From Longimicrobiales bacterium (lineage in GTDB: Bacteria; Gemmatimonadota; Gemmatimonadetes; Longimicrobiales; Gaopeijiaceae), in the NCBI GenBank assembly GCA_965249725.1, contig CBDFMQ010000002.1, positions 2,784,001 to 2,848,000 of the forward strand: a stretch of 64,000 nt of DNA, read 5' to 3'. Below, in pieces: positions 58,045 to 64,000 of the stretch (position 1 is its first letter; every line of letters starts with the position of its first letter). Below the pieces are notes generated by a model. It did not search any database, was not told where the DNA came from, and worked only from the letters and a program-made list of their open reading frames with translations. A program made the position numbers and the translations under genes.

Positions 58045-60693
58045 TCAGTTCGGCACCCGCTCCTTGAGCTCCTCGAAGAAATTCTGCACCACGACGATAT
58101 CCGACAGACCACCTGCGGTTCCCGACATGAGCATCAGGAACTCTTCGTCATTCGGATGTACGTCGTACACCTGGTGAAACCCGCTTACGACGAATCCATC
58201 CAAGGAGAAAAGCACATCCCGGCTCTCCACGGAGAAGGACGAACCTCCCGGAATCTGAGCAGCGACCAACTCACGGTTCCGATTCAGGTAGAAGAGCTCC
58301 TCCCCGCTGTGCGCCCAGACCGGCTCCGCCCCGCCTTCCCTGGAGACGGTATAGCGCGCGGAAGCGACACCCTCTGGAAAGGGCACCACGTAGAGCTCGT
58401 ACCGACCCGATTCGTTGGACGAATAAGCGAGCCATCGGCCGTCGGGAGACAGAGCCGGGCTCCGCTCGGTGAAGTCGGACGTGACGACCACCGAAACAGT
58501 CTCGCCGTCGGCTCCGAGTCTTCTGGCGTAGATGTCGCCAGCGCCGTACCCGGTTCGGTAGACCAGCCATTCGCCGTCTCCGGAGACCAGGGACTCCCAT
58601 ATCTGTTCCTCGGCCTCGGCCAAGAGCTCCGGCGAGCCGCTTCCGTCTGCCCTTCTCGTCCAGACGGCGTCTGGTCCCTCACCACGGTTGGAGAGGAAGA
58701 CGACCTCGTCGCCCGACGGTGTCCAGCTCGGCCTGAGGTTCGCACTCCCGTCGACCGTGAGCTTCGTCACGGGGCCATCATCGAGTTGCTTGACCCAAAC
58801 GTCGAGTCCGGACTCGACGGACGAGTAGGCGAGTCGGTCCCCGCTCGGGGAGAGCGTCAAGCCGAGTTGATTGTTCGGTGCCCCACGGATCGTCCACCGC
58901 GGATCGATTTCCCGAGGGTTACCCTCGCGGTCCACCCAAGCGGGTCGATATCCAGCCTCAGCGGCGCCCGCCGGCAAGTAGGCAAGGGTGCCGGTCTCGG
59001 AAAGGGCAAATTGCGAAGCGGACCCTGTCTTCACCTGAATGCCCTCGAGGATGGCGACCGAGGGTCCCGTCATCTCGAGGCTCTCGAGGTCGAACGGAGC
59101 AGCCATCAAGGTGCCTTGGGCCGTCGTGTATACGATGTGGCCGGACAACGCATACCGTGCCATGGCGCCTGCTATGAGCTGGCGAACCGCTCCGCCCTCC
59201 GGCCCGACAACCGCGATACCACTCTCCTCCAGGTTGCCTCGGTTGATGGTGAGGAGTAGGCCGCTGCCGTCCGGAAGCACCGCGGGGTACTTGAGATCGA
59301 CGTCCGGCATCCGGGCGAACTCCATAGGCTCGCCCCCGGCGGCCGGAATACGCCAGATGATCCCAGAGGTGATAACCCTGTAATAGATCATTCCATCCGA
59401 ACCGAACGCAGCATTGCTCCCACCTGGGACGATCCGTACGGGTGGCCCCCCCGCAAAGGGCATGACGGACGGTCCGCCGCCGCCCGAGAACACCATAGTG
59501 CTGCCGTCCGGACTGATGGCTGGACTCTGCCGCCCCACCGTGCCGGGGATCGGGCGAGCTGTCAGATCGTCCATCGATCTCTCCCAGAGCTGGTAGCGAT
59601 TCTCCGGAGCCGATCCACGGTACACGATTCTGGAACCATCGGGAGAAATGGCCAGGTCGATGCCGGAGTTCGAGCGTCCGAGCACGCCGTTCTCGCCCAG
59701 CGGCAATTCAAATCGGGCGATCGGCGGGGGGGCGTCACTCGGGCCCAGGCCGGCCCAGAGCAGAGCCACCACCGTCGTCGCCGCGAAGAAGGCTGCCGTC
59801 CCCCTCCAGTATCCCCGCTGGCCGGCCCCCGAGAGCGTTACCTCGTCTCCGTGTCTGAACCCTGGGTCGGCCAGTGCCTTGGCGAAGCGGTCAGCCCCCG
59901 TGAACCGGTCCGCAGGCAGCTTTTCGAGCGCTTTCCGCAGGGCAGCATCGACGTTGGCCGGGATCGACCTTCGCACCGAAGTCGCCGACACTGGCAGGCC
60001 TTGGATGATCTTGCCGAGCACCGCCTGGGCAGTACTGCCGATGTAGGGCGGGTCGCCCACCAGCATCTCGTACAGCACGCACGCGAGGGCATAGGTGTCG
60101 CTTGCAGGGCCCACGATCTGATCGCCCGTTGCTTGCTCCGGCGACATGTAGAAGGGCGTCCCGACGGACAGGCCTGTCTCGGTCAGGCGGTTGCCGCCCG
60201 CAGCGCCTACAGCCAAGGCGATCCCGAAGTCGGCCACGAGAGGCTCACCTCGACTGAGCAGGATGTTGCCGGGCTTGATGTCCCGATGGACGATCCCCTG
60301 CTCGTGCGCGGTATGCAGCGCATTGGCCACGGCAGTCGCGATGCCCAGGGCCTCGTCGACCGGCAGCTGCTTATCCCGGTCGATCCGCTCCCGAAGGGTC
60401 TCCCCCTCGATGTACGGCATCGCGTAAAAGAGGAAGGTGTCCGCCTCGCCCGAATCGAACAGCGGAAGGATGTGCGGATGCTGGAGGTTGGCGGTGGTCT
60501 CGATCTCGGCGAGGAATCGCTCGGCACCGACCACCGCAGCCAACTCGGGCTTCAAGACCTTCAGCGCGACGTTGCGGTTGTGCTTCAGGTCTTTGGCCAG
60601 GTAGACGGTGGCCATGCCACCCTCACCCAACTCGCCCTCGATGGCGTAGCGGCCCTCGAGGGCGGTATTGAGTCGTTCGATGGGATCGGACAT
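58045..60693 (-). CDS. Membrane Ser/Thr kinase with TolB/PD40-like beta-propeller
   Basis: GEGGMA, HRDIKPGN, DFG; TM; SPDG repeats; paralog of 50242-52911. Confidence 0.93.
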   Translation of the reverse strand: MSDPIERLNTALEGRYAIEGELGEGGMATVYLAKDLKHNRNVALKVLKPELAAVVGAERFLAEIETTANLQHPHILPLFDSGEADTFLFYAMPYIEGETLRERIDRDKQLPVDEALGIATAVANALHTAHEQGIVHRDIKPGNILLSRGEPLVADFGIALAVGAAGGNRLTETGLSVGTPFYMSPEQATGDQIVGPASDTYALACVLYEMLVGDPPYIGSTAQAVLGKIIQGLPVSATSVRRSIPANVDAALRKALEKLPADRFTGADRFAKALADPGFRHGDEVTLSGAGQRGYWRGTAAFFAATTVVALLWAGLGPSDAPPPIARFELPLGENGVLGRSNSGIDLAISPDGSRIVYRGSAPENRYQLWERSMDDLTARPIPGTVGRQSPAISPDGSTMVFSGGGGPSVMPFAGGPPVRIVPGGSNAAFGSDGMIYYRVITSGIIWRIPAAGGEPMEFARMPDVDLKYPAVLPDGSGLLLTINRGNLEESGIAVVGPEGGAVRQLIAGAMARYALSGHIVYTTAQGTLMAAPFDLESLEMTGPSVAILEGIQVKTGSASQFALSETGTLAYLPAGAAEAGYRPAWVDREGNPREIDPRWTIRGAPNNQLGLTLSPSGDRLAYSSVESGLDVWVKQLDDGPVTKLTVDGSANLRPSWTPSGDEVVFLSNRGEGPDAVWTRRADGSGSPELLAEAEEQIWESLVSGDGEWLVYRTGYGAGDIYARRLGADGETVSVVVTSDFTERSPALSPDGRWLAYSSNESGRYELYVVPFPEGVASARYTVSREGGAEPVWAHSGEELFYLNRNRELVAAQIPGGSSFSVESRDVLFSLDGFVVSGFHQVYDVHPNDEEFLMLMSGTAGGLSDIVVVQNFFEELKERVPN

Positions 60694-60776
60694 GGCCAAC
60701 TCCCGAATCAGGCGGTGCCTAACATCCTATCCGCAGGTCGTGAGGCGCAAGCACGACCGGGGGGTAGGTCGCCCCG

Positions 60777-61265
60777 CTACGAGCCCGTGCTCGGCGGGTA
60801 CGACTCGTGCACCTGCACGACCTTCCACTCGCCATCGATCCGATGCACCACGATGCTCCAGACCTCATGACCGCTGATGGGCTCGCCATCCTCGCCGATA
60901 TTGGTCGAGTGAATGTAGGACGTGGCCACCGCGGCGTCCCGGCCCAATACGTGGACTCGGCTGTCTCCCAGCTCGAAGTGCACGTTCTTTCCGACACCGG
61001 GGAAGTACTCCTTCATGGATTCACGATGTGACTCCAGCGGACTGGTTTCCCCGCGGCTCGCCCAGGCGAAGTCGGGACCATCCAGGTGATATCCGATGAA
61101 GCCGTCCACATCGTGACGGTCGACGGTCTCGACCATCTCGTTGGCGAACTGCCTCACGGAGTCGGCAAGCGCCGCACGCTCGGCATCCGTGAGCTCCGCA
61201 TCACTGCTCCCGGCGCACCCGGCCAACACTACGGACAAGCTCAAGACTGAGGCTAGCCTTCTCAT
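60777..61265 (-). CDS. SnoaL/NTF2-like lipoprotein
   Basis: LAGC lipobox; VHVLGRDAAV; DGEWKVVQVHES. Confidence 0.8.
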   Translation of the reverse strand: MRRLASVLSLSVVLAGCAGSSDAELTDAERAALADSVRQFANEMVETVDRHDVDGFIGYHLDGPDFAWASRGETSPLESHRESMKEYFPGVGKNVHFELGDSRVHVLGRDAAVATSYIHSTNIGEDGEPISGHEVWSIVVHRIDGEWKVVQVHESYPPSTGS

Positions 61266-61644
61266 GACTGACACTCCGGTTGAATGGCTCGGGGTCGGGC
61301 ATGCTTCCATGGCACCGCGGCGAGATTCAGCATGGTAGGGCCGCGGCCGTTAACCGGCCAGCCGCAACCCAAAGGCCGCTGATACGGAAGGGAGAGGTCT
61401 CCTCCCTCGCAGTTCTGGAGAGAGCGGCGCATCTGCTCGGGAAAAAACTTGACGTGGTGGTGCGATCTTCGACTCCGTCTTGATCCCCTCCTGATCCGGT
61501 CGGGAGGCGTGCGCGCACAGGGTGCGGTTCCAGGCGCCGGTTGTCCGCCCGCTCGCCCCCGCCTACTCTCAACCGAGCGACCCGCGCGGCCCTACACGCG
61601 CCCGATTCCGCGGATCGCACGATGCAAGTAGAAGGAGGCCGCAA

Positions 61645-63810
61645 ATGCCGCGTTCCGAACGACTGAACTGGCCACCACTGCGCGGGCTGATCGGGCTCGC
61701 CGCACTCGTCGCGCTCACCGCTTGTGATCCCGCTGGCGGGCCGCCAACCATCGACGACAACGACATTGCGGGCCTCGTGACCGGATCGGGCGGACCGGAG
61801 GCCGGCGTCTGGGTCATCGCGGAGACCACCGACCTGCCGACACGCTTCGCCAAGATCGTGGTGACCGACGACCGGGGTCGTTACCTGATTCCCGACCTAC
61901 CCGAAGCGAGCTACGACGTATGGGTGCGTGGCTACGGACTTGTGGATTCAGAGAAGCTGCGCGCCTCACCCGGCATGACTCGGAATCTGACCGCGGTGCC
62001 TGCGCCCGACGAGCGAACGGCGGCGGAGTACTATCCGGCGGGCTATTGGCTGTCCCTGCTCCACATGCCCGAAGATGACCAGTTCCCCGGTACCGGACCC
62101 GCGGGGAACGGCATCTCGCCGAACCTTCAGAACCAGGCCCAACTCATAAGGCTCGTGAAGTCGGGGAACTGCACCGCCTGCCATCAGCTCGGAACGCTTG
62201 GCACCCGAAAGATCCCGGAGGCTCTGGGCCACTTCGCGTCCTCGGTCGAAGCGTGGGACCGTCGGATCAAGTCGGGCCAGGCCGGCGCAGGGATGAGCGC
62301 AGGCCTAGACGGGATGGGCCGGCAGGCGATGCTGGAGATGTTCGCGGACTGGACCGACCGGATCGCCGGGGGTGAGACACCGCCGGCACCTCCCCGACCG
62401 ACTGGTGTGGAGCGCAACGTGGTCGTCACGGTGTGGGACTGGGCTGATCCGAAGGCGTACCTGCACGACGAGGTCTCCACGGATAGGCGGAATCCTACGG
62501 TCAACGCTAACGGCCCCATCTACGGGGCGCTGGAGGCCAGCGCTGACTACACGCCGGTCTTGGATCCGACGAGCCACACGGCGAGCCAGATCCCTTTGAC
62601 GGTCCGCGATCCGAGCACGCAGCCGGCCTCGGGGCCGAGCATGCTTGCGCCGTCGCCCTATTGGGGCGACGAGCCCATCTGGACGAGCAAGAGCAACGTC
62701 CACAACCCCATGTTGGACGAGCGGGGGCGGGTCTGGCTCACATCCACCGTCAGGCCGAGGGACAATCCGGCCTTCTGCAAGGAGGGCTCGGATCATCCGT
62801 CGGCGAAGCTCTTCCCGACGACCCGGGCCCGGCGCCACCTGGCGATGTACGATCCGGAGACGAAGGAGCTCACGCACATCAGCACCTGTTTCGGCACCCA
62901 CCACCTCATGTTCGCCGAGGACGACGACAACACGCTCTGGACTAGTGGCGGCGGGCAGGTCGTGGGCTGGCTGAACACGAGGATGTTCGACGAGACCGGC
63001 GACGAGGCAGCCTCACAGGGCTGGACCGCGCTCATCCTCGATACCAACGGCAATGGCGAACGGGACCACTATGTGGAGCCCGACCAGCCTGTCGATCCCG
63101 CGCTGGACAAGAGGATTCAGGCCGGTTTCTACTCCGTGGCGCCCGCTCCCGACGGCTCGGTGTGGGCGACTTCTCTGGGCTACCCGGGCGCGGTCGTTCG
63201 GTTGGACCCTGGATCGAACCCGCCAGAGACCGCACTGGCCGAGCTGTACGAACTGCCACTGGACGACTCGGGTGAGCCGATCGAGGGGTTTTCGCCGCGA
63301 GGTGGAGACGTCGACCGGAATGGGGTGATGTGGGCGGCGCTCGCTAGCGGACACATGGCCAGCTTCGACCGGAGCAAGTGCACGGGACCGCTCAACGGAC
63401 CCGCGGCCACGGGCCAGCACTGTCCGCAGGGGTGGACCTTCTATACGGAGCCGCTACCGCAGATCCGGGGGGTGACCAGCCCCGGGAGCGCCGAGGCGAG
63501 CTACTACACGTGGGTTGATCAGTTCAACACGTTGGGACTCGGCGAGAACGTACCGATCGACACCGGCAACGCATCCGAGGGGCTGTTGGCCCTCGTGGAC
63601 GGAGAGTGGGTTGTTCTGCGCGTGCCCTATCCGCTCGGCTTCTACACCAAGTGGATGGACGGCCGCATCGACGATCCGGACGGGGGCTGGAAGGGTAGGG
63701 GCGTCTGGTCCACCGTGAGTACGCGGGCGCCGTTCCACATGGAAGGCGGTAAGGGCACGCCCAGCAAGGTGCTGAAGTTCCAGCTTCGGCCGGATCCGCT
63801 GGCGCGGTGA
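61645..63810 (+). CDS. Lipoprotein with carboxypeptidase-regulatory-like domain, CxxCH heme motif and beta-propeller
   Basis: AAGGAGG RBS, LTAC lipobox, VTDDRGRY..WVRGYGL, CTACH. Confidence 0.8.
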   Translation: MPRSERLNWPPLRGLIGLAALVALTACDPAGGPPTIDDNDIAGLVTGSGGPEAGVWVIAETTDLPTRFAKIVVTDDRGRYLIPDLPEASYDVWVRGYGLVDSEKLRASPGMTRNLTAVPAPDERTAAEYYPAGYWLSLLHMPEDDQFPGTGPAGNGISPNLQNQAQLIRLVKSGNCTACHQLGTLGTRKIPEALGHFASSVEAWDRRIKSGQAGAGMSAGLDGMGRQAMLEMFADWTDRIAGGETPPAPPRPTGVERNVVVTVWDWADPKAYLHDEVSTDRRNPTVNANGPIYGALEASADYTPVLDPTSHTASQIPLTVRDPSTQPASGPSMLAPSPYWGDEPIWTSKSNVHNPMLDERGRVWLTSTVRPRDNPAFCKEGSDHPSAKLFPTTRARRHLAMYDPETKELTHISTCFGTHHLMFAEDDDNTLWTSGGGQVVGWLNTRMFDETGDEAASQGWTALILDTNGNGERDHYVEPDQPVDPALDKRIQAGFYSVAPAPDGSVWATSLGYPGAVVRLDPGSNPPETALAELYELPLDDSGEPIEGFSPRGGDVDRNGVMWAALASGHMASFDRSKCTGPLNGPAATGQHCPQGWTFYTEPLPQIRGVTSPGSAEASYYTWVDQFNTLGLGENVPIDTGNASEGLLALVDGEWVVLRVPYPLGFYTKWMDGRIDDPDGGWKGRGVWSTVSTRAPFHMEGGKGTPSKVLKFQLRPDPLAR

Positions 63811-63842
63811 ACACATGACACGCGGCCGCCCGGTGCGCTCGA

Positions 63843-64000
63843 TCAGGTGGGCGGCGGACTCGCCCAGATACCGACCCCTTCCGCCTCCGCAGCCGAACGC
63901 AACCCTTCATCCAGCGTGGCCAACGGGATCTCATAGCGGCGCGCCAACTCCAGGTAGCACGCGTCGTATGCGGTGAGGCCGTGTGTACTCGCTAGGCCGG
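63843..64000 (-). CDS. VapC/PIN toxin, 5'-partial
   Basis: Own translation: HGLTAYDACYLELARR..PLATLDEGLRSAA. Confidence 0.8.
   Translation of the reverse strand, partial: GLASTHGLTAYDACYLELARRYEIPLATLDEGLRSAAEAEGVGIWASPPPT

Noticed and set aside
50242..60693. Diversity-generating retroelement acting on the kinase paralogs
   Set aside because: No reverse transcriptase, and no template/variable repeat pair with adenine-specific differences was seen.
60717..60723. gcctaac upstream of the third kinase as a cassette start
   Set aside because: No att hairpin downstream of the gene (only attaggc near 58005), and the motif lies in leader sequence homologous to the other kinase; likely chance.
61330..61500. 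Glycine riboswitch-like tctggagaga
   Set aside because: The downstream conserved elements (cgccgaag, ctctcagg) are absent.

Overview
GC-rich bacterial DNA, probably Gemmatimonadota/Longimicrobiales-like (inferred from the paralogous kinase-TolB/TPR genes, DUF5916 and choice-of-anchor B proteins). Positions 1-36 kb and 54.5-64 kb hold mostly housekeeping, metabolic and secreted-enzyme genes (typA, deoxyhypusine synthase family, M16 peptidase, apaG, DtxR/MntR, DEAD helicases, HU, infA), several of them frameshifted or deleted. The main feature is an integron-like gene-cassette array at about 36.5-54 kb. It has eight hairpin-forming TAAC...GTTA sites in two families, a terminal attI-like half site at 53078-53081, and a divergently oriented, truncated tyrosine recombinase that does not look like a canonical IntI. 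The two ends of each intact cassette are complementary to each other, which is the signature of circularising cassettes. The six ~154-bp sites lack the usual extrahelical base, fold into a three-way junction and carry extended GTTA-N3-G-N2-RT arms. Cargo is two large Ser/Thr kinases, four toxin-antitoxin pairs, a VOC protein and membrane proteins. A decayed island interrupts the array (IS3 fragment, ImmA/IrrE, sce7726-like gene, Fic remnant, tRNA-Ile anticodon-arm fragment). All calls come from reading motifs by eye; no searches were run.
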